From the sequence record SRR22947725_186: DNA of 37,971 bases. One strand, 5' to 3'. Both the position numbers and the translations under genes were made by a program. The notes below the pieces were generated by a model that was not told the origin of the DNA, made no database searches, and saw nothing but the letters and a program-made list of their open reading frames with translations. Within the stretch, counting starts at the first letter, position 1. The number at the start of each line of letters is the position of its first letter. This document shows, piece after piece, positions 1 through 8,151 of this stretch.

Positions 1-6
1 AACAAT

Positions 7-42
7 AAAACGGTTATACTTTTATAAAGTGTAGCCGTTTTT
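7..42 (+). terminator. Intrinsic terminator-like hairpin, probably of a gene upstream of the window
   Basis: AAAACGGTTATACTTT (7-22), loop TAT, AAAGTGTAGCCGTTTT (26-41). Two G-U pairs form only on the + strand; ends in a T-run. Confidence 0.7.
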
Positions 43-55
43 ATATTTTTACTCA

Positions 56-1654
56 ATGATAAAACCATCACTTATTTTTTTCTTTATTATTGCCTTTAGT
101 TCATATAGCAATAACTCCCTAGATAGTTTGTATAACATATTAGATCAAGAAATGATTAAGAGTCAAGAGTATGACATGCAAAAAGAATTAAGGATTGATA
201 ATTTGATTTTTGAACTTAAAAAGAGTAAATTATTAGGGAATCAATATGAAAAAAGAAAAAAACTTATTGATGAATATCAATTTTATAATTTAAATAAAGC
301 GATTGAGAATATTGAAATTAATTTAACTATTGCAAAGGATATAGACGATTTAAATTTAAAAACAGAAACTTTACTAAAATTTACCCAATTATTAATTTCT
401 TCTGGACAATATAAAGAGTCTATTGATATTTTAAATCAGTTAAATAAAAATCTTATTTCTGGGGATAATATAATTCAATATTATACTAATTACGCTGATG
501 GTTATTCAAGATTAAGTTACTATACAATTGCGAATGATAGTAAAAGTCAATATTTTAATTTATACAATATTTATAAAGATTCATTGGTAGCTTATTTTGA
601 CAAAAATTCTGAATTTTATTTAGATCTCGAAGAAAAGAAATATAGAGATAATGGACAAATTTCAGAAGCCTTAAAAATAAATGATCAAAGATTAAAGTTA
701 GTAGACGAATTCACAAGAAAGTACTCCATAATTAGATTTGAGAGATCTTTTCTCCATTTAGATCAAACTAATGCAGATGAAATTAAAAATAGAAAAATAA
801 ATTTGATATTATCTGCTATCTCTGATATAAGATTGTCAATTAAAGATAATGCATCTCTTACAGACCTTGCAAAAATTTTATTTCAAGAAAATGATCTAGA
901 TAAAGCTTATAGGTATATAAATTTTTCTTATGAAGATGCCGAATTTTATAATTCATTACATAGGAAAACAATCATATCCTCTACATTGCCTTTAATTACT
1001 AGAGCTTATGAGTCTAGAAGTATTGATCAAAAAAACAAACTTGAACAACTATTAGTAATAAGTATTTCTTTAGGATTTGTTTTGCTAATAACTTTAATTT
1101 TAATCTATAAACAAATTAAAAGAATATCAAAGACCAGTAGAGATCTAAAACTGGCTAATAATAATTTAACTGAAATATATGAAAAGCTTTCTAATTCTGA
1201 CAGAATTAAAGAGAGGTATTTGGGTACTTTTCTGAATTTATATTCTGATTATATTAATCACTTAGATATGTACAGAAAAATGGTTAGAAATCATATTACT
1301 TCTAATAAATATAAGGCTCTTTTGGATTTAACAAAATCAAAACAAATAAAAGATAATGAGCTTAAAATATTTTACAAAAATTTTGATGAAGCTTTTTTAA
1401 AAATATATCCAAACTATGTAAAGGATTTTAATAATCTTATGAAAGAAAAACATAAGTTCATTTTAAATAATAAAAATGAGTTAAATACTGAGCTTAGAAT
1501 CTTTGCTTTAATAAGACTTGGTATATCGAGCAGTTCTAAAATATCTAAAATCCTTAGGTACTCAGTAAATACTATTTATAATTACAGGGCAGCAGTTAAG
1601 AATAATTCAATTGACAGAGATAATTTTGAGTTATTCGTAAAAAAATCTGATTAA
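56..1654 (+). CDS. SusR-like (DUF6377-type) membrane-spanning PUL sensor/transcriptional regulator
   Basis: N-terminal signal, helical TPR-like periplasmic region, single TM segment (LLVISISLGFVLLITLILIY), coiled coil, then C-terminal HTH region 'LNTELRIFALIRLGI...ILRYSVNTIYNYR'. Lies directly upstream of susC. Confidence 0.88.
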   Translation: MIKPSLIFFFIIAFSSYSNNSLDSLYNILDQEMIKSQEYDMQKELRIDNLIFELKKSKLLGNQYEKRKKLIDEYQFYNLNKAIENIEINLTIAKDIDDLNLKTETLLKFTQLLISSGQYKESIDILNQLNKNLISGDNIIQYYTNYADGYSRLSYYTIANDSKSQYFNLYNIYKDSLVAYFDKNSEFYLDLEEKKYRDNGQISEALKINDQRLKLVDEFTRKYSIIRFERSFLHLDQTNADEIKNRKINLILSAISDIRLSIKDNASLTDLAKILFQENDLDKAYRYINFSYEDAEFYNSLHRKTIISSTLPLITRAYESRSIDQKNKLEQLLVISISLGFVLLITLILIYKQIKRISKTSRDLKLANNNLTEIYEKLSNSDRIKERYLGTFLNLYSDYINHLDMYRKMVRNHITSNKYKALLDLTKSKQIKDNELKIFYKNFDEAFLKIYPNYVKDFNNLMKEKHKFILNNKNELNTELRIFALIRLGISSSSKISKILRYSVNTIYNYRAAVKNNSIDRDNFELFVKKSD

Positions 1655-1666
1655 CCGTTAAAATTA

Positions 1667-1823
1667 TCCACTTTTTTTTGCATACAAATCAAATTAAATT
1701 ACTTATAATCAATGATTTGTATAATAATTATATTCAAAATTTCCACTTTTTTTTTATAAAATATTATAACTTTGTTCTTTATGATTAATTTTACATAAAA
1801 TTATTTCTTTAACACTACTTTTT
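1667..1823 (+). promoter_or_regulatory. Candidate operator direct repeats upstream of susC
   Basis: TCCACTTTTTTTT at 1667-1679 and 1742-1754, plus degenerate ACTACTTTTT at 1814-1823; spacings 75 and 72 bp. Confidence 0.55.
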
Positions 1824-1914
1824 ACGAATTTAAGTGACCCGTTGGCATAAGATTTGATTAGTAGTTTAAAGCATTATAATATTAAATAATTAAGAATTAG
1901 TTTAAACGAAAAAT

Positions 1915-4900
1915 ATGTTGAAAAATATTAATTTAAATAAATTAACAATATTCCTTTTATTGTTTTCAAATATTATTTATGCACAATCTATTCTTGTTAC
2001 TGGTAAAGTCGTTGACAAGCAAGGTCAGCCTCTTCCAGGAGTTTCAATATTATTAAAAGATTCAAGTACAGGTACTTCTACTTCATTTGAGGGTAATTAT
2101 GCACTAAAAGTTAGCACAAAGGAAGATGTGTTACAATTTTCATATATAGGATTTGATACACAAAACATTATAGTAGGAGATCAATCTCAGATTGATATTA
2201 TTTTAGAAGAAAATTTGGAATCTTTAGATGAAGTTCAAGTTGTTGCTTTTCAAAAACAGAAAAAAAATAGTGTTATTGGATCTATTAATACTATTAATCC
2301 ATCTGAATTAAAAATTCCATCATCTAACTTAACTAATTCATTAGCTGGTAGAATGGCTGGTATGATCTCATATCAAACATCTGGAGAACCCGGTGCTGAT
2401 AATGCACAATTTTTTATTCGTGGTGTAACTTCTTTTGGTTATGCAAATAACCCGCTTATATTAATTGATGGAATTGAAGTTTCGACTGATGACCTGGCTA
2501 GAATTGAACCAGATAATATTGCTACTTTTTCAATTATGAAAGACGCAACGGCAACTGCATTATATGGAGCTAGAGGCGCAAATGGAGTAATATTAGTTAC
2601 TACTAAAGAAGGTAAGGCAGGTAAAGCAAAGGTTTCATTTAGGTATGAAAACTCTTTTTCTTCTCCAACTCAAACTAATGAATTTCTTGGTGGAGTTGAT
2701 TACATGAATATGTATAATCAAGCAACTAGGTCAAGAAATCCATCAGCACCATTACAGTACTCAATTAACAAAATATATGGAACTATTAATTCTGATGATC
2801 GAAATATATATCCAAATGTAAATTGGTATAATGAGTTATTTAAAGATTATACACTAAACAGAAAAGCTAATCTAAATGTCAACGGAGGTGGAGAAATTGC
2901 ACAGTACTATTTATCTATTTCTCATAACAACGACACAGGTTTATTAAAAGTAGATCCCTTAAACAACTTCAATAACAACATTGATATTAACAGATCTAAT
3001 TTGAGAGCAAATATTAATATAAATTTAACTGAAACTACTAAAATTGCTGTTAAATTCTATTCTTTATTTGAAAGGTATAATGGACCGAGTGAATCTGCCA
3101 ATGGTATTTTTGGAAATGTAATGAATGCCAATCCTGTTAACTTTCCGAAATTCTATGAATATGAAAATAATTTAGGTTACAATCATACTTTATTTGGAAA
3201 TAAAGGAAACGGAGGATATCCTAATCCATATGCTGACATGGTCAAAGGATATAAAGACAGATTTACAAATACAATTTTATCTCAAGTTCAACTAGAACAG
3301 GATCTAGGTTTTATTACAGAGGGTTTAAAGTTTAGAGGTTTAGCATCAGTTAGAACTTATGCAGAGAACGAAAATAAGCGAAGTTATAACCCATTTTATT
3401 ATGGCACTGCTGAGCTGGAGACAGAGGAAGGTTTATTATATTATTTATACCAAATATCTGAAGGTACAGAGTATTTAAACAGCCCAGAGATTAATAATTA
3501 TAGTAACAGTAATTTCTATTATGAATTTACGACAGAGTATAATAGAATATTTGAAGAAAAGCATGAAATTGGAGGACTATTAGTATTTAATTTTAGCGAA
3601 TCTCTTAATACAATTAGTGGTAGTAGTGATTTCGCTTCACTGCCATCTAGAAATATGGGTTTATCAGGAAGATTTTCTTATAATTTTGATAGTAGATATT
3701 ATGCTGAGTTTAATTTTGGATATAATGGCTCTGAAAAATTTGCTGAAGATAACAGGTTTGGTTTCTTCCCCTCAGTTGGATTTGGATGGATAGCATCTAA
3801 TGAAAAATGGTTTGAAGAAATGAATTCTAGTATTTCATTATTAAAATTTAAAATTACTAATGGTAAAGTTGGAAATGATGCGATTTCAAGTGCTAGTGAT
3901 AGATTCTTTTATTTATCAGATGTGAATTTAAATTATGGAGATAATGGATATTCTTGGGGTCTAGATTATAATAATTACACTAGTGGATATTTAATTGATA
4001 GATATTCTAACCCTAATGTTACTTGGGAAGTAGCTGAAAAAACAAACTTTGGTTTAGAACTAGAAATTAATAAGGCCTTAAATCTTCAAGTTGACTATTT
4101 TACTGAACATAGAACTCAAATTTATATGGAAAGGAATTACATTCCCGAGTCTATGGGTTTAACAACTGGGATTAGTAGTAATCTTGGAGAGGTTAAATCT
4201 AAAGGTATAGACGCATCTATGGATTATAATCAAGCCTTTTCATCTGGATTATATATCACTGGTAGAGCTAACTTTACTTACGCTACTAATGAAATTATTT
4301 TAAATGGAGATCCAATATACGAGTTTGATAACTTAAGTAGAATAGGGTATCCAGTTAATCAGCCATTTGGATTAATAGCAGAAAGATTATTTATTGACGC
4401 TGAAGATATTGCTAATTCACCTGAGCAATTTAATGGTTTTTCATCTTCCTCAAATGCATATTTACCAGGAGATATTAAATATACCGATTTAAATGGAGAT
4501 GGTGTAGTAAATGAAAATGATATGACAGCAATTGGGTCTCCTCAAGTCCCAGAAATAATTTATGGTTTCGGAATTTCTGCTGGTTACAGAGACTTTGATT
4601 TATCTATTTTCATGCAAGGTGCTGCAAAAGTTTCCTTTTTTATAAATCCGAATGATATTTCTCCTTTTGTAAATGAAAGAAATGCCTTAAGTGTAATTGC
4701 AAATAATTACTGGTCTGAAAACAATCCAAATCCAAATGCATTTTGGCCTAGACTCTCTACTTATGAAATAAGCAACAATAATCAGCAGTCTACTTGGTGG
4801 CAACGTGAAGGAGATTTTTTAAGATTAAAAAATATTGAATTTGGATATACACTCCCTGAAAAAAGTAATGGAATATTTAGCGGACTAAATACAAGAATAT

Positions 4901-5025
4901 ACTTCACTGGATTAAATTTGGTGACATTTAGCAAATTTGATCTTTGGGATACTGAAATGGGTGGTAATGGTTTAGGTTATCCACCACAAAAAATATACAA
5001 CTTAGGATTACAAGTTAAATTTTAA
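1915..5025 (+). CDS. susC: SusC/RagA family TonB-dependent outer-membrane transporter
   Basis: N-terminal carboxypeptidase-regulatory-like domain (VTGKVVD...PLPGVSI), plug motif 'SIMKDATATALYGARGANGVILVTTK', 'NPNVTWE', 'GDIKYTDLNGDG', terminal F; 1036 aa. Confidence 0.96.
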   Translation: MLKNINLNKLTIFLLLFSNIIYAQSILVTGKVVDKQGQPLPGVSILLKDSSTGTSTSFEGNYALKVSTKEDVLQFSYIGFDTQNIIVGDQSQIDIILEENLESLDEVQVVAFQKQKKNSVIGSINTINPSELKIPSSNLTNSLAGRMAGMISYQTSGEPGADNAQFFIRGVTSFGYANNPLILIDGIEVSTDDLARIEPDNIATFSIMKDATATALYGARGANGVILVTTKEGKAGKAKVSFRYENSFSSPTQTNEFLGGVDYMNMYNQATRSRNPSAPLQYSINKIYGTINSDDRNIYPNVNWYNELFKDYTLNRKANLNVNGGGEIAQYYLSISHNNDTGLLKVDPLNNFNNNIDINRSNLRANININLTETTKIAVKFYSLFERYNGPSESANGIFGNVMNANPVNFPKFYEYENNLGYNHTLFGNKGNGGYPNPYADMVKGYKDRFTNTILSQVQLEQDLGFITEGLKFRGLASVRTYAENENKRSYNPFYYGTAELETEEGLLYYLYQISEGTEYLNSPEINNYSNSNFYYEFTTEYNRIFEEKHEIGGLLVFNFSESLNTISGSSDFASLPSRNMGLSGRFSYNFDSRYYAEFNFGYNGSEKFAEDNRFGFFPSVGFGWIASNEKWFEEMNSSISLLKFKITNGKVGNDAISSASDRFFYLSDVNLNYGDNGYSWGLDYNNYTSGYLIDRYSNPNVTWEVAEKTNFGLELEINKALNLQVDYFTEHRTQIYMERNYIPESMGLTTGISSNLGEVKSKGIDASMDYNQAFSSGLYITGRANFTYATNEIILNGDPIYEFDNLSRIGYPVNQPFGLIAERLFIDAEDIANSPEQFNGFSSSSNAYLPGDIKYTDLNGDGVVNENDMTAIGSPQVPEIIYGFGISAGYRDFDLSIFMQGAAKVSFFINPNDISPFVNERNALSVIANNYWSENNPNPNAFWPRLSTYEISNNNQQSTWWQREGDFLRLKNIEFGYTLPEKSNGIFSGLNTRIYFTGLNLVTFSKFDLWDTEMGGNGLGYPPQKIYNLGLQVKF

Positions 5026-5035
5026 GAAAAAAATT

Positions 5036-6931
5036 ATGAAAAAAAATATTTTATACTTAGCTCTTATTTCATTTTCACTCTTTAATTGTGATGAATATTT
5101 AGATATTGTTCCTGATCAAACACAGGAACTAGATTTACTTTTTGATAGGCAAGAATCAGCATACACAGCACTTGTAACCTGCTACAGTTATTTGCCTAAA
5201 AATGATGATTTATATAGTTCTTATGTTACTGCTACAGATGCTTTAACAACACCTATTTCTAAAGAAACAGCAGGAATAAGACTAATGAAAGGTCTACAAT
5301 CATCATCTAACCCTCTTATGAGTTATTGGTCCGGATATGAGCGTCATGGGTCTTTGTGGAGAGGAATTAGAAGTTGTAATACATTAATTGAAAACATGGA
5401 TAATGTTGTTGACATGACTCAAGAAGAGAAAGATGCATGGAAAGCTGAAGCTCAGTTTTTAAAAGCTTTTTATCATTTCACTCTGTTAAAGTACTATGGA
5501 CCCATTCCAATAACTGATGAGAATTTACCAATTTCAGCTAATGATCAGCAGGTAAGTGTGAGAAGAAATACAATTGATGAGTGTATCACATACATAACTG
5601 AAACAATTGATTTAGCTATCGTTAATCTACCATTAAGAGTTCTAAACAATAATGACTTAGGTAGAGTTGATCAGGTTATCGCTAAATCTTTAAAGTCTAG
5701 AGTTTTATTATATGCAGCTAGTCCTTTATTTAATGGTAATAGTGAGTTTTACTCCGGCTTTGTTAATGAAGATGGTGAACATTTCTTTAATCAAAATTAT
5801 GATATTAATAAATGGGAATTAGCAATGAATGCCTCTTTAGATGCCATCAACACTGCTATTGAACAAGGATCAGCTTTATATGAGTTTACGGATACTCCTC
5901 CAACTTTCGATACTGAAAATTATGAATATGAAATTGTACAAAAACAATATGATGTCAGGTATTCAATAGTAGATAGATGGAATAATGAACTTCTTTGGGG
6001 TCATTCAAATCCAGTTGGAACTAACTGGTGGCAATTACAAGCAGGTTCATTAATGAAGAGTCCAACTTCATCATCTGTTGAAGCCGCTTGGCAATGGGTA
6101 GCACCAACTCTTAGATCTGTAGAGATGTATTATACTGAAAATGGTTTACCTATTGATGAAGACCTTACATTTGACTATAATAATAGATATAATGTATCAA
6201 ACATATCTACATCACAAAACCCATATGCTCAGTTTGCTCAAAGAACAGCTAACCTACATTTAAATAGAGAGCCAAGATTTTATGCTAATATTGGTTTTGA
6301 TAGAGGCTATAATAGAACTTGGGGAAGTAAGTGGAATTTAAAAATGAGAAAAGGTGAAACACATGGTAGAATTGCTAATACTAGTGACTATTTAATTACT
6401 GGTTATGCACTTAAAAAAATTGTTCATCCAGACTCTGAGGGAGATGGGTATGATAAAATAGTTCAATATTCTTGGCCCATGATTAGATTAGCAGAGCTTT
6501 ATTTAAACTTTGCTGAAGCGGCTAACGAATTTAATGGACCAACTCAAGAAGTTTACAACATGTTAAATGTGGTTAGAGAAAGAGCAGGTATTAAAACTGT
6601 TCAAGAAGCATGGAGTGATGGTTCAATTGCTGCTACTGTTAACAAGCATACAACTCAAGACGGATTAAGGGATATAATTAGACATGAGAGATTAATCGAG
6701 TTTGCATTTGAGGGCCATAGATATAATGATTTAAGAAGATGGAAGATGGCTGAAAACTATTTAAATTCTCCAGTAAAAGGCTGGTCTGTTGATGAAACTA
6801 CTGAAGACGGTTTTTACACACTTAGAGATGTTGGAAATAGATCATTTAATAGTCCTAGAGATTATTTACACCCTATAAGTATCAATGAACTTACTATAAA
6901 TACTAATTTAATTCAAAATCCAGGTTGGTAA
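5036..6931 (+). CDS. susD: SusD/RagB family glycan-binding lipoprotein
   Basis: Lipobox 'LFNC-DEYLDIVP', 'EAQFLKAFYHF...YGPIP', 'IRLAELYLNFAEA', 'ERLIEFAFEGHRYNDLRRW', ends 'QNPGW'. Confidence 0.95.
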   Translation: MKKNILYLALISFSLFNCDEYLDIVPDQTQELDLLFDRQESAYTALVTCYSYLPKNDDLYSSYVTATDALTTPISKETAGIRLMKGLQSSSNPLMSYWSGYERHGSLWRGIRSCNTLIENMDNVVDMTQEEKDAWKAEAQFLKAFYHFTLLKYYGPIPITDENLPISANDQQVSVRRNTIDECITYITETIDLAIVNLPLRVLNNNDLGRVDQVIAKSLKSRVLLYAASPLFNGNSEFYSGFVNEDGEHFFNQNYDINKWELAMNASLDAINTAIEQGSALYEFTDTPPTFDTENYEYEIVQKQYDVRYSIVDRWNNELLWGHSNPVGTNWWQLQAGSLMKSPTSSSVEAAWQWVAPTLRSVEMYYTENGLPIDEDLTFDYNNRYNVSNISTSQNPYAQFAQRTANLHLNREPRFYANIGFDRGYNRTWGSKWNLKMRKGETHGRIANTSDYLITGYALKKIVHPDSEGDGYDKIVQYSWPMIRLAELYLNFAEAANEFNGPTQEVYNMLNVVRERAGIKTVQEAWSDGSIAATVNKHTTQDGLRDIIRHERLIEFAFEGHRYNDLRRWKMAENYLNSPVKGWSVDETTEDGFYTLRDVGNRSFNSPRDYLHPISINELTINTNLIQNPGW

Positions 6932-6944
6932 AAAATTAATTAAT

Positions 6945-8147
6945 ATGAAAAAAGAAATAAAAATATTTTTAACTTTATTTACAATGCTATTATTTACTTT
7001 TTCTTGTGAAGAAAAAGATAGTGGTGATGTTACTGCACCTGGTAAATTGACTATAGATTCTATAACTCCAACAAATGGTGGCGGAATTATTTCCTACACT
7101 CTTCCTGATGATAATGATATTCTATTTGTAAGAGCAGAATATACTAACACTCTTGGAGTTGATGTTTTTAGAGTATCTAGCGTTCACAATAATGAAATTG
7201 AAATTTCAGGTTTAAACCAAACTTCACCTGTTGAGGTTAGTTTGTATGTAGTGGATAATAACGACAATACATCACAAGCTGAAATAGTTGATTTTATACC
7301 ACTTGAATCTTTTATTTATTTGGTACAAGAAAGTATTGAAATAACTCCGGATTTGGGAGGGGTTAGAATTGAATGGGAAAATATAGAGTCAAAGACTGTA
7401 TATGTACATGTTCATATTCAAAATGGTTCTGATGAGGAAATAAGAATTTTGTCATCAAATAGTCCTGTTGAAAATCGATTTATAAGAGGACTTGAAGCTA
7501 CTGATTTGACTTTTTTAACTAAAGTTGAGGACTTTGACGGAAATATTACCGATTTAGAGGAAAAAGGAATTTATGCTCCATTATTTGAAGAAGTAATTGA
7601 TAAATCAACATGGAGTTTAATAACTAATCAATCTATCAACGGGAATGCTTGGGAAGGTTCAACTGTTAGTTTCTGGGATGACGTTGTTGATACTGCAGAA
7701 ACAGATGCTGATAATAGTTATTTTATTATTTGGAGAGATCAAAATGGCGGAACTTTGAATTGGCCTCTTGATATTGTTATTAATTTAAATAAAACCATAA
7801 AAATACATAGACTGAAAGTTTGGCAAAGAGCTTATTGGTATAATGGACCATCTCCTGTAACTGCATATTATTATCAGGAAGAGAACATGAAATCTTTTGA
7901 CTTATTCGCTAGTAATAATGGTCAAGAATGGACACTTTTAGGTCAATATGATATTGGAGATCCCAGAGATGCAGACGGAAATATTCCTAGTGCTGCAATG
8001 GATGCGGCTGCGAATGGACATGATTTTGAGCTTGAAGGAATTTCAGAACAATTTAATTACTTGAAAATTTCAATTACATCTAACTATGGTAGTGATACTT
8101 ATTGCCACGGTTCCGAAATAACTTTATACGGACTTGATAATCTCTAA
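6945..8147 (+). CDS. PUL surface lipoprotein (DUF4959/DUF5126/DUF5000-like, C-terminal discoidin-like beta-sandwich); putative glycan-binding protein
   Basis: Lipobox 'FTFSC-EEKD', 'APGKL...PTNGGGIISYTLPDDNDILFVRAEY', ends 'SEITLYG'. Follows susD. Confidence 0.75.
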   Translation: MKKEIKIFLTLFTMLLFTFSCEEKDSGDVTAPGKLTIDSITPTNGGGIISYTLPDDNDILFVRAEYTNTLGVDVFRVSSVHNNEIEISGLNQTSPVEVSLYVVDNNDNTSQAEIVDFIPLESFIYLVQESIEITPDLGGVRIEWENIESKTVYVHVHIQNGSDEEIRILSSNSPVENRFIRGLEATDLTFLTKVEDFDGNITDLEEKGIYAPLFEEVIDKSTWSLITNQSINGNAWEGSTVSFWDDVVDTAETDADNSYFIIWRDQNGGTLNWPLDIVINLNKTIKIHRLKVWQRAYWYNGPSPVTAYYYQEENMKSFDLFASNNGQEWTLLGQYDIGDPRDADGNIPSAAMDAAANGHDFELEGISEQFNYLKISITSNYGSDTYCHGSEITLYGLDNL

Positions 8148-8151
8148 ATTA

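Noticed and set aside
4465..4525. EF-hand/dockerin-like 'DLNGDGVVNEND' in SusC
   Set aside because: A common loop in SusC-family transporters.
8134..8151. TTG start for the GH5 overlapping the upstream gene
   Set aside because: ATG at 8152, 4 bp after the upstream stop, gives a clean signal peptide.
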